From NCBI GenBank assembly GCA_015522475.1, contig WAMF01000003.1, positions 33,043-97,042 on the forward strand: a stretch of 64,000 nucleotides of DNA, read 5' to 3'. The position numbers were made by a program, and so were the translations under genes. Under the pieces are notes generated by a model, which ran no database searches, had not been told where the DNA came from, and was given only the letters and a program-made list of their open reading frames with translations. This document shows positions 9,514 through 19,450 of the stretch, in pieces; within the stretch, counting starts at the first letter, position 1; each line of letters opens with the position of its first letter. The stretch is from Candidatus Micrarchaeota archaeon. GTDB lineage: Archaea > Micrarchaeota > Micrarchaeia > Anstonellales > J096.

Positions 9514-10575
9514 TTACCCTACCTTACTTTGCCTTACTTTATTTTGGGCCTCTCGTCCGTTTTTGCCCCTTCCCATAAGCTTGCAGTAAGTACATACGCT
9601 GTCTTCAGCAGAAGTAGGATAGCCACAGATCTTGCACTGCTTCCGCCACGAACGGTCTAGAGAGATGTGAGGACTAAGCCCAACCATGTATTTGAGCAAT
9701 GAGGAAGGAAAGTTGCTTAGCTTGTGTCGCCTGCTTAGCTTTTCTACGTCATCAATAAAAGCTTTAATCCGAGCCTGAGAGTTCCCCTCTTTAAAGGGAC
9801 ATTCAGTTTCAACGATGGGAAGACCTTCCTTCTTCAGTACGTCTTTGAACGTCTCTATTTTAGCCTCTCTTACCCAAAATAAGGGCTTAAGGCGCGTGCA
9901 TAGCTTTTCCTCTTCGTTGCCGGGGGCTATAGGTCCCTTTGTCGGCAACGTTACTCCACTCTGTGAGAAGATATTCCTAAAGAGAAAGCTAAGCTCATCG
10001 TCCATGTTGTGTCCCGTTGCTATGGCACCATCCTTGCCAAAGTGTTCCCAACAAAACTTATTCATAAGATAGCGCTTAATAACACCACAAGCAGCACAGA
10101 TTTTAAAACGGCCCGCTCGTATCTCCTCCGCTTTCTCCTCGACGATTTTATGTAGTGGCTTTTCAGGCTTAACGACGTGGAGGGGTATATCTAACTTAGA
10201 TGCAATAGCCTCAACAACCTCCCTACTCTTGGAAGAGAACGTCGGTATGCCCAGCTGAATGAAGAGAGCAGAGAGCTCATAGCCGAAGCGGTCCTTAAGT
10301 TGGGCTAAGAAATATGCCACAGTGGTCGAGTCTTTGCCCCCACTCAAAGCAACGGTTATGTGTTTGGGCATCTTATTTTGGGCTTCTAGTTTGTATAGGA
10401 AGCTCTGAACACGTCGTTTTATATGACGAGGCACATTCGTCTTCGAAGTGAACGGTCTTCTATGTCTTTTTAGCTGTCTTTTTGGCAGAGAAGGTGAAGA
10501 TGGCACAGGTGAGGATAAAAGAGAGCTATTCTCAAAGAGCTTGTTGGCCTTGCTGCCTTCGTTATCTTTAGACAT
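9514..10575 (-). CDS. PP-loop ATP pyrophosphatase, TtcA/TtuA/NcsA-type tRNA 2-thiolation enzyme
   Basis: ALSGGKDST PP-loop, ATGHNMDDE and a C-terminal CKICGYP...CTYC zinc ribbon. It has an unusual basic, Ser/Pro-rich N-terminal extension of about 70 aa and overlaps the upstream gene by 8 nt. Confidence 0.7.
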   Translation of the reverse strand: MSKDNEGSKANKLFENSSLLSSPVPSSPSLPKRQLKRHRRPFTSKTNVPRHIKRRVQSFLYKLEAQNKMPKHITVALSGGKDSTTVAYFLAQLKDRFGYELSALFIQLGIPTFSSKSREVVEAIASKLDIPLHVVKPEKPLHKIVEEKAEEIRAGRFKICAACGVIKRYLMNKFCWEHFGKDGAIATGHNMDDELSFLFRNIFSQSGVTLPTKGPIAPGNEEEKLCTRLKPLFWVREAKIETFKDVLKKEGLPIVETECPFKEGNSQARIKAFIDDVEKLSRRHKLSNFPSSLLKYMVGLSPHISLDRSWRKQCKICGYPTSAEDSVCTYCKLMGRGKNGREAQNKVRQSKVG

Positions 10576-11344
10576 GCGGTTTGGACCTCCCTTCCTTCTT
10601 CACCGCGTCGACGAACGCCTTTATTTTTTCTACAGCGTGGTCTGATTCGAATGCCGTGCCTACTTGAATTATATCTGCGCCCGCCTTTATGACGTTGGCA
10701 GCTTCTTTGGGAGTCTTTATGCCACCACCAACGATGTAAGGTAGAGAGGTTGCTTTTCTCACGGCAGAGATCATCTCGAGAGGGATATGCTTATCTGGAT
10801 TACTACCAGCGTCTGTGAGCACGTATTTAAAGCCCATCATTTCGGCAGCTGAAGCAAACGCAGCCGCCAACTTGGGCTTAGCCCTTGGGATTAAATCAAC
10901 ATCGCCGACCCAACCTACTGTTCCACCGGGCTCCACGACAATATATGCTAAAGGCAGAGTCTCTATATTCATACGCCTTATGAAGGGAGCTGAGAGCATT
11001 TGAGCCCTCGTTATCCAATAGGGATTGCGCGAATTGAGGAGACTCATGAAGTACATGGCATGGGCATAGGGAGTTACAGTGGCTATATTGCCCGGGAAAA
11101 GCACTACTGGCACATCAGTCTCCTCCCTTATGCGCTTAGCTGCCTTGTCTAGAAAAGGACCTTGGACACCCGTGCTCCCGCCTATGAGCACCACGTCGAC
11201 GCCGGCCTTGTACGCGTTCTTTCCCATCTCTACAGCATCCTCGAGGGTCTTATAATCGAGGGGGTCTACTAGGGAAAAAAGCATAGCCTTATCTGTCTCT
11301 AGCTTCTCTCTAATGTAAGCATTCACGCTGCCTTTGAATGTCAT
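10568..11344 (-). CDS. geranylgeranylglyceryl phosphate synthase (PcrB/GGGPS family)
   Basis: TIM-barrel family signature: LIGGSTGV and PYIVGGGIKTPKEAANVIKAGADIIQVGTAFE. Confidence 0.85.
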   Translation of the reverse strand: MTFKGSVNAYIREKLETDKAMLFSLVDPLDYKTLEDAVEMGKNAYKAGVDVVLIGGSTGVQGPFLDKAAKRIREETDVPVVLFPGNIATVTPYAHAMYFMSLLNSRNPYWITRAQMLSAPFIRRMNIETLPLAYIVVEPGGTVGWVGDVDLIPRAKPKLAAAFASAAEMMGFKYVLTDAGSNPDKHIPLEMISAVRKATSLPYIVGGGIKTPKEAANVIKAGADIIQVGTAFESDHAVEKIKAFVDAVKKEGRSKPHV

Positions 11345-11366
11345 AGTGGGCTAAGAAAGCAAAGAG

Positions 11367-11374
11367 TTTTAAAA
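11367..11374. promoter_or_regulatory. palindromic TATA box (TTTTAAAA) possibly serving both divergent transcripts
   Basis: Its centre is about 26 nt from the GGGPS ATG (11344, minus strand) and about 26 nt from the C box of the sRNA (11396, plus strand). Confidence 0.4.
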
Positions 11375-11392
11375 GGTGTCTTGTTAAAGCAG

Positions 11393-11448
11393 GTTGTGAT
11401 GAAACTACCGTACTCTGAATAGTGATGAGAAGGTCTTCGGCTGATAGA
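11393..11448 (+). ncRNA. C/D box sRNA (2'-O-methylation guide)
   Basis: C box GTGATGA (11396-11402), 12-nt guide AACTACCGTACT, D' box CTGA (11415-11418), 3-nt spacer, C' box GTGATGA (11422-11428), 12-nt guide GAAGGTCTTCGG, D box CTGA (11441-11444), then T5 at 11449-11453. The 12/3/12 spacing is the canonical archaeal layout. Confidence 0.75.
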
Positions 11449-11701
11449 TTTTTAAACAGTTAGACATATAGAGAGACAGAGAAGAGAGATAATAAGGAGA
11501 TGGGAGTAAGTAAGGTACAATAGTAAAAAGAGCAAAAGTTAATAGAGGATTATAACAGCAAGAACGGCGAGAAATAGATAAGTTAGGTTATAAGCCCTGA
11601 GAAAGAACGCCTGCTCGTAGAGCGTCGTAAATAGATATGGGTAAAACACAGATAGAGTGTGTTTTAAGAATGCACTGATAGGCGCGCAAGCAGGAGATTG
11701 C

Positions 11702-11711
11702 TTTTTAAATA
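11702..11711 (+). promoter_or_regulatory. candidate 16S rRNA promoter TATA box
   Basis: TTTTTAAATA about 50 nt upstream of the processing stem, followed by a small hairpin ATGCTTCA-TC-TGAAGCAT (11739-11756). Confidence 0.45.
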
Positions 11712-11760
11712 TTTCTCTGCAGAAAGGAGCAGTTGTGGATGCTTCATCTGAAGCATGACG

Positions 11761-11790
11761 TAGGCCTTAAGGGTTACAAGGGAGAGGCAG
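11761..11790 (+). other. 5' strand of the pre-16S processing stem with bulge-helix-bulge motif
   Basis: 11761-11771 pairs perfectly with 13391-13401 (11 bp). GGTT (11772-11775) pairs with AACC (13384-13387). ACA (11776-11778) is bulged. 11779-11790 pairs with 13372-13383. Confidence 0.65.
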
Positions 11791-11837
11791 TAGCTAATCC
11801 CTTGCCGATTCCTTCCTAAATTCGTCAGCAGAGATCA

Positions 11838-13330
<1,493 letters not shown>

Positions 13331-13371
13331 AAAGAATTTGTGCAAGGGAGCTAGTCATTCTATTAACAAAG

Positions 13372-13401
13372 CTGCCTCTCCCTAACCAAACTTAAGGCCT
13401 A
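13372..13401 (+). other. 3' strand of the pre-16S processing stem with bulge-helix-bulge motif
   Basis: Complement of 11761-11790, with AAA (13388-13390) bulged opposite the ACA bulge across a 4-bp helix (3-4-3 BHB geometry). Confidence 0.65.
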
Positions 13402-13410
13402 CAACACAAC

Positions 13411-13415
13411 TTTTT
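13411..13415 (+). terminator. oligo-T tract after the rRNA processing stem
   Basis: T5 lies 10 nt beyond the 3' strand of the processing stem and is followed by the small hairpin TTGTTG-GTTATA-CAACAA. Confidence 0.3.
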
Positions 13416-13603
13416 CCTTCTCTTGTTGGTTATACAACAAAGAAGTCGAGTTGCCGAGAATTCGGCCGCGCCTAATTAAGTAATCAAAGAAAAGACAATA
13501 CAATAAAATGTTATTATAAGTTGGCAGCCCTAAACATTTTTAAACCTTTCTCACAACAATACGAGACATAAATGCTTTGAGCCCATTTGGCAAGGTGTGA
13601 AAC

Positions 13604-15040
13604 ATGATAGGAAAACTAAAAAGGAAGAAGTCGGAAGTTAGTGAGAAACAAGGCAGGCAGGGCAGGAAGGCCTTTAAGGCCATAGAGACGCTGTTGGATA
13701 CGACAAGGGATGTAGCAAAGAAAGCAGCTAAGCCAGTATTGGGTGGATTGCTCGTAGTGGGCACAGCAGCGACGATAAGCAGCTGCGGACCTAAAAAAGA
13801 ATACAAAACTATAAACAATTATTACAGCAACGAAACGACAGAATACAGCCTAGATATAACGGCGCCAACACAATACGGCAACGAAGCCACGCAAGAAGAG
13901 GAAAAGAAAGAAGAAAAATTCGAGAGTGCATATGCAAGAGATACTCTTTCCGCAGGAGATGTGCTGAACGTAAGTGACCTTGCTGTGAAATTCACGGGCA
14001 CATCAGAGGAGGGAACAGCCTTTAACTACATCATAGGAACACCAGGCGAGATAGCAATAAACAGAGCAGAAGCTTATGCAGAAGTTAATGAGGGCGAGGA
14101 CTATGAGCTTTCATTAGAAGGTAATAAAGGTGTTTACATTCATGCAATTGAGGGTATAGTCGAGGTGGTTCAACAGGGAAGAACAAAGCTTTCTATAACA
14201 GTCACAGAGGATTCAAACAGTGGAAGAATTTCAATGGGAGAGGAGCTCCCCGTAGATGGTTACTCCGTTCAAATAACAGACATAACAGCAGACAACCAAG
14301 TTATTATGCGTATTCAAGGAAACCAAGTGGAGAGATATGCAATGGCGGCCAGTCATAGCACAACATATGTAAGCTTAGCCTCGGACAAGGTTATGAAGAT
14401 CTTAGTTGGAGATGTGGAAAAAGGATATACCCTTCAAAGTAGTTGGGCCGATATAGATGCCACACTTTACACAGCAAAGGAGACACCCTTTTTATACAAA
14501 GATGATACTTATCCTCTCAACGAAACCTATAGTGTAGTAATAAGAGGATTCACAACAGATGGAAATGCCGTCTACTCCATAGTCACAACAGAAGGAACTG
14601 TGAAGACAGTGGATAAAGAAGATTATACCTATGATACAACAATTTTAGATGGCAAAGAGTGGGATATAGCCACGGAATATACAACCATTCCAAAAAAAGA
14701 AGTTACAGGAGTAAAAACTTTCGTAAGAGTATTCCACGAAGACAAAGCTAATATAGGGGCAATAAAACCTGGTGAGACCTTGGACACGCCAAATTATTAC
14801 ATTGAGCTCGTAGATGTGAAAAACGACGACGGATATTATGCGAGCGTAAATATATACTCTAAAGAGACAGGCAAGAGAGTAGGATATGCGACAGTATACC
14901 GCGGAATACCTGTAGAGATGGCTGTAGATCCAAAAAACAGTAAGAAGCTCTTCATATATGTCTCCCAGCTTTCTTCGGGTTACCAAACAATTAGCAAATG
15001 GGCGCGCTTCTTCGTCGAGGAGGTCGATGAAAGCAACTAA
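13604..15040 (+). CDS. hypothetical secreted or membrane-anchored protein (lipobox-like signal)
   Basis: Basic N-terminus, hydrophobic segment LGGLLVVGTAATISSC followed by Cys, and a large Thr/Glu-rich, beta-rich-looking ectodomain. GGTG lies upstream of the ATG. Confidence 0.6.
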   Translation: MIGKLKRKKSEVSEKQGRQGRKAFKAIETLLDTTRDVAKKAAKPVLGGLLVVGTAATISSCGPKKEYKTINNYYSNETTEYSLDITAPTQYGNEATQEEEKKEEKFESAYARDTLSAGDVLNVSDLAVKFTGTSEEGTAFNYIIGTPGEIAINRAEAYAEVNEGEDYELSLEGNKGVYIHAIEGIVEVVQQGRTKLSITVTEDSNSGRISMGEELPVDGYSVQITDITADNQVIMRIQGNQVERYAMAASHSTTYVSLASDKVMKILVGDVEKGYTLQSSWADIDATLYTAKETPFLYKDDTYPLNETYSVVIRGFTTDGNAVYSIVTTEGTVKTVDKEDYTYDTTILDGKEWDIATEYTTIPKKEVTGVKTFVRVFHEDKANIGAIKPGETLDTPNYYIELVDVKNDDGYYASVNIYSKETGKRVGYATVYRGIPVEMAVDPKNSKKLFIYVSQLSSGYQTISKWARFFVEEVDESN

Positions 15041-15092
15041 CTTTTTCTTTTTTACCGTCTTCCTATTTTTTCCATAGTAGGGCTCTTCGCTT

Positions 15093-15143
15093 ATTTAAAA
15101 ATCTTCTCGCGATTTCCGAGAACCTATTTAAAGCGTTTTCTTT
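15093..15143. repeat. direct repeat copy 1 (3' end of the ATPase gene plus terminator hairpin)
   Basis: ATTTAAAAA(T/C)CTTCTCGCGATTTCCGAGAACCTATTTAAAGC(G/T)TTTTCTT is shared with 16366-16416, with only a few mismatches. It contains the hairpin TTCTCG-CGATTTC-CGAGAA (15104-15122). Confidence 0.85.
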
Positions 15144-16344
15144 CACCTCTTGGTGCAGCCCAAAGTACCTTTAAAAATTCAGCAAAAGTTTCACGAGTGA
15201 CGAGCATACCTTCTGTTTTTGTCTCCTTCTCAGCCTCCACCAACCCTTCTTTTTCCCTAACAGATACGTTGTCCCACGTGACTTGAATAGGAATGGCCTT
15301 TCCATCCTTAACGGCAATCATATCACATTCTCTTTTCCCTCTATAATAGTTAAGTTCATAACCGGCCTTCAATAGTTCCAGGGCTGCCAGTGCCTCTAAT
15401 TTCTTCCCCTTATCCCTGTTAGGGCGAATTAGTGTAATATATCCCACGTCTATAGGGTAAATCTTCCTAGGCATGTGCCTGCGGACCTTTATAGAATGCG
15501 TGAAAAAAGGAACATCTATAAAAGTATAAGCATTGAGAAATCCTTCGTAGATCTTCTCTGCTTTCTCGAAGGATATGTTAAGAGCTTTCCTCATAGCATT
15601 TACTGAAGCAGGATTGCCAACAGTATCTACGAGATACCGAAAAGCTTCCATAACGGTTGTGTACGATTCGTTTATCTCGTTGCTAACATCCCTGCTAACC
15701 ACAGTATCGACGTATGACGAGAGTAAGGAGAGTTTCTTCTCTTTATCCTTCTCTTCTACAATGGCTGGGAAAAGGCCAAACTCTAAGGCGTCATCGATAA
15801 ATCCCTCTAATTTTTGCCTAGCTCTAAAGGGTGTTTTCGCTCCCTTAATAACCTCTTGTATACTTAATGGATAAAGTTGAAACTCTATAGCCCTCCCTCC
15901 AAGGAGCGAGCCCACCTTCCCTCGAAGGAGATGTGCTGTGGAACCTGAGGTATAAATAGAGAAGCCTTCTCTATCTAATAGCACTCTTAATTGCGAGCCC
16001 CATTCCTCTGCCCTTTGCACTTCGTCTATAAAAATAATAGGATCATCGTCTTTACTCCATCGTATGTACGCGGCTATTAACTCTTCCAAGGTGTGTTCTC
16101 TCAGGTATATGTCTTCGAGGTTTATATATAACACTCCTTTCTTTTTCGTGAGTTGAGTAGCAAGAGAATAGATGAGTGTTGTCTTGCCAGCTCGCCTTGG
16201 CCCGACAACCATCTTAGCTATTCTATCGTTCGCAAATTTCAAGAGTTCTTCTTCAATATTCCTACGAATATAATGTGGCGGTAGTAAGCCTCCCTGCCCT
16301 TCCCACCATGGATTCCATAACTTTAACCTCTCTATAATATCCAT
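15124..16344 (-). CDS. AAA+ ATPase of the COG1373 type (AAA_14 plus DUF4143-like)
   Basis: N-terminal LWNPWWEG motif, Walker A GPRRAGKTT, Walker B IIFIDEVQ, and the typical length of about 400 aa. Confidence 0.8.
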   Translation of the reverse strand: MDIIERLKLWNPWWEGQGGLLPPHYIRRNIEEELLKFANDRIAKMVVGPRRAGKTTLIYSLATQLTKKKGVLYINLEDIYLREHTLEELIAAYIRWSKDDDPIIFIDEVQRAEEWGSQLRVLLDREGFSIYTSGSTAHLLRGKVGSLLGGRAIEFQLYPLSIQEVIKGAKTPFRARQKLEGFIDDALEFGLFPAIVEEKDKEKKLSLLSSYVDTVVSRDVSNEINESYTTVMEAFRYLVDTVGNPASVNAMRKALNISFEKAEKIYEGFLNAYTFIDVPFFTHSIKVRRHMPRKIYPIDVGYITLIRPNRDKGKKLEALAALELLKAGYELNYYRGKRECDMIAVKDGKAIPIQVTWDNVSVREKEGLVEAEKETKTEGMLVTRETFAEFLKVLWAAPRGERKRFK

Positions 16345-16365
16345 AAGATATTGATGCTTGGAAAC

Positions 16366-16416
16366 ATTTAAAAACCTTCTCGCGATTTCCGAGAACCTAT
16401 TTAAAGCTTTTTCTTC
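16366..16416. repeat. direct repeat copy 2 (remnant gene 3' end plus terminator hairpin)
   Basis: Near-identical to 15093-15143. Read on the minus strand it ends ...RRRKSFK-stop, compared with the intact gene's ...ERKRFK-stop. Confidence 0.85.
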
Positions 16417-16542
16417 TTCTAGTATACTTTAGGCCTTAAAACCACCCACCAACGCAGTTCGCTTAAGAGATATATGAATACTTATAAGCCACAAATGACC
16501 TTTTTTCTGGAATGCCTTTTTGTTCCTTCTTCTATTGTTAAA

Positions 16543-17637
16543 CTATTTTTGGCCTTTTAAGCTATCTTCTGCTCTAGGCCCTCTTATGTAATCATCGTAG
16601 GGGCTATCCTTGCGCTTGAGAAGCACGATGCGTGAAGGCGCGTGTTCGTTGTGCCACTCGTAATTGGGTAGAAACGATAGGAGTTTTTTGGCCCACTCTC
16701 TAACTTCTTCATGTGTGGGCATGTTTTCTATGCTTAGGCGCTGCCTGCTCTGCCCTAGGAACATGTACGCCTTTACTTCTATGTAATCTGCTTCGCTTTT
16801 ATCGAAGAGATCCGCATAGGCCTTCATACACTCTTCGTCCTCACCGAAGTTAGCGTCGTTTATGCCCTTTATAAGTGTGTAGCGTATAACGCGGCGTGTT
16901 CTAAGTTTGGGTAGCACGTCGTGGAGCGTTCTTAGGAGGCGCTGCCACCCGTCTTCGTATATGGAGCGGTTCACGTACTTGAACATGCGTTCATTGCATG
17001 CGTCGACGCTTATATAGAGCTGAGTGGGCAAAGCATCCATCTCAGCCATTCTCTCAAAAACTTGAGGCTCTTGGCCATTACTAACGACAAATATGCTACG
17101 CACCTCTTTGTGTTTCCTCAACTCCAAGATGAGCTCTGGTAGAAGAGGATAGATAGTTGGCTCACCACTAAGGCTTATGGCCCAATGACTGGGAAAGAGA
17201 TCATAGGCTTCGTGGAAGAGCTGCTTATCCACTGCTTTATTACCACCGAATCCACTAAGCAGCTTCTTCCTCACACGGACGGTCTCTTCTATAATTTCAG
17301 CTGGCTTATCCACTTCATCGGGCAAGAGGCTCGTTCTCGAATACCATTCATGAGGGCGCCAGCAGAATATACATGCCTGTTGGCACCATGCAGCCGCGGG
17401 CGAGATTTGGGCACAGCGGTGCGTATCTACGCCGTAAAAGATGTTTTTGTAGCACGTGCCTTCCTCCCTCAAGGCCTTTTTTGTCCATGAGCATATCTCT
17501 ATAGCTGAGTGGTGGCCTATAATGCCGTAAACAGAGCTCCACTTGGCTAACTGCCGAGGGTTAAAGCTAACCTTGCCGTTGACGTAGCTTTCTTTTTCTC
17601 TTTTCTCTTGGTTCTCTCCAATCTTTATACGTGCCAT
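16543..17637 (-). CDS. taw1: radical SAM tRNA 4-demethylwyosine synthase (Taw1/TYW1)
   Basis: HSAIEICSWTKKAL...CYKNIFYGVDTHRCAQISPAAAWCQQACIFCWRP matches the TYW1/Taw1 signature, including the CxxxCxxC radical SAM cluster. Confidence 0.8.
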   Translation of the reverse strand: MARIKIGENQEKREKESYVNGKVSFNPRQLAKWSSVYGIIGHHSAIEICSWTKKALREEGTCYKNIFYGVDTHRCAQISPAAAWCQQACIFCWRPHEWYSRTSLLPDEVDKPAEIIEETVRVRKKLLSGFGGNKAVDKQLFHEAYDLFPSHWAISLSGEPTIYPLLPELILELRKHKEVRSIFVVSNGQEPQVFERMAEMDALPTQLYISVDACNERMFKYVNRSIYEDGWQRLLRTLHDVLPKLRTRRVIRYTLIKGINDANFGEDEECMKAYADLFDKSEADYIEVKAYMFLGQSRQRLSIENMPTHEEVREWAKKLLSFLPNYEWHNEHAPSRIVLLKRKDSPYDDYIRGPRAEDSLKGQK

Positions 17638-17675
17638 ATTACCACTAGCAAAGAAAACATGTATGCTTACTAATG

Positions 17676-18557
17676 CTAAAGTGTGACATACTCATCCGGC
17701 AGCTTGACCTTGTAAAGTTTCTCCACGGGCCTACGCCAAAAAAGGAAGCCCTCTAAAAAGCTCCTCTTCACGCCAGAAGGATGTTTATCGTAATCCTTAA
17801 ACTCGACTGCTCTTTCTTGTATCCAAGAAGGTGCCAAATTGTAAGCTAGTTCACTCACTATGAGCTCGCCGCTCTTCGCCATGGCCTGCAGCTTCACAGC
17901 CACGTTTATGGGCTTCCCTATGAGGTCGTAGCTCAGCTTAAGCGAAGGGGAGCCGAGCTTTACAATACCCACTTCTCCAGCGTCTATACCCATACCATAT
18001 GCCGTTTTTATGTCCCTATCTTTAGCATAGGGTAAGAAGTGTTTGTTCATAAACAAAGCGGTGCTTATAGCCAGAAGATAAGCCCTTTCTACAGATGTGG
18101 AAAGCTTAACCGTCGGAAAGAAAGCCAAAACCGCATCGCCCACGTATTTGAGCACATTTCCTCCACACGCCTCTGTGAGTCTTGCTATAGATGTAGAGAA
18201 ATGTGATATGAGGAATGAAAGCTCCTCTGGACTTTTCTCGTGGCTGAGAGGTGTAAAGCCTCTTAGATCTATAGAGAAAAAAGCCGAATACATCTTCTTT
18301 TTGCCAGAAGACAAATAGAGCTTTCCCAATACGTCTTGTTCCGCTTCATTAGGAGGTGATAAAGGGGAGGGCTCGTTAGCAACCAAATGCTTTGCCACAC
18401 CCTGCACAACATGTGGCATATCCTTTATACTCTTTACTTTAGCCTTTGGGTCGGTTATTACATTGCCATTTTTCACATCAGAATCGAGCGCCATGCTTCC
18501 CTTTTCAATGGAGCTATTAATAAGGCTTTTGTTGTTTATGGCTAGCGCAGCCATCAC
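17676..18557 (-). CDS. class III nucleotidyl (adenylate/guanylate) cyclase catalytic-domain protein
   Basis: Metal-binding Asp motifs FSIDLRGFT and KYVGDAVLAFF. GIDAGEV...YDLIGKPINVAVKLQ corresponds to the G..G....Y...G..VN.A.R block, with Lys in place of the usual Arg. Confidence 0.7.
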   Translation of the reverse strand: MMAALAINNKSLINSSIEKGSMALDSDVKNGNVITDPKAKVKSIKDMPHVVQGVAKHLVANEPSPLSPPNEAEQDVLGKLYLSSGKKKMYSAFFSIDLRGFTPLSHEKSPEELSFLISHFSTSIARLTEACGGNVLKYVGDAVLAFFPTVKLSTSVERAYLLAISTALFMNKHFLPYAKDRDIKTAYGMGIDAGEVGIVKLGSPSLKLSYDLIGKPINVAVKLQAMAKSGELIVSELAYNLAPSWIQERAVEFKDYDKHPSGVKRSFLEGFLFWRRPVEKLYKVKLPDEYVTL

Positions 18558-18615
18558 AGCTACTAAAAGGGCCGCGTGTAAAGCTTTATAAAGTTTCTCT
18601 ATGGACTCCTAACCT

Positions 18616-19409
18616 ATGCCCATCCCCACCGAAAGAAGATGTGAGAAGCATGAAAGTGAATCTCACATTCATTTCCTAAAAACGGGTTTTCTACCTCAAG
18701 AGGTACTACTCTATTTGATAGATGTTCTCGACATAGACCGGAGCTTCAAAAGTCATATGCTCGCCGGGCTAAAGCTATTCTCCCATCCATCCAGCACCGA
18801 TGCTAGGGGATATATACTAGGCCATTTATATAGATGGGCCCTAAAGGATGCGTATTAAACAAGCTTTGAGTCCTTTGTAACACAAAACCGCTATCCTAAA
18901 GAACGGGCTCATTTGTATGCTATGGAGCAAATAATAGAGCTCTTATCCTCTACACAGAAATACCCCTTGCTTGCCGAAGACGAAGTATTCTCAAGCTATA
19001 CAAGAGGTTTGGAAAAAATATGGTTTCCCATCTTCGAAAGCGCAGCAAAGGTAGCGTATATGAGAAATGAAGAGATCAGAGAATGCTGCCCTTTCCCGTA
19101 TATAAGTGCTTTTTTTCGTATGTCTCTGAAGAGATAAGCGCTATAGAGAAGCACATCCACGCCCTAAGAGCTAAGCGTCTCTACACTCTTTTAGAAGAGA
19201 AAATTGAAGAGATGAAGGAAAATAGTAAAGGATCCATTCCTTATTTCTTCATAGAAATCATGGATAAAGATGTTAGCATCTTGCCGCCGCCACCTAAGCC
19301 TCTACCTCATATCCACTTCGTTGTGAGAAAGAGTTCTGATGCCCGCTTATGTTCTAAACATAAAGCCACTAGCAAAAGAAAAGAGAAAAGCTCAATTTGG
19401 CTTGGTTAA
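18616..19409 (+). pseudogene. possible disrupted gene (in-frame TAA plus frameshift at a T7 run)
   Basis: ORFs 18616..18858 and 18913..19137 share one frame, separated only by TAA at 18856-18858. ORF 19083..19409 continues in another frame across the T7 run at 19110-19116. No family recognised. Confidence 0.25.
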
Positions 19410-19450
19410 GACGCTTCATTAGATTCCGCCAAAAATTTGTGTTGTTTCCC

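Noticed and set aside
17676-18557. Class III cyclase as part of a Pycsar/CBASS-like antiphage system
   Set aside because: No effector with a cNMP-binding, TIR, TM-toxin or nuclease domain is adjacent. The downstream gene is Taw1, and the upstream region is on the opposite strand and unrecognisable. I therefore report it only as an orphan cyclase.
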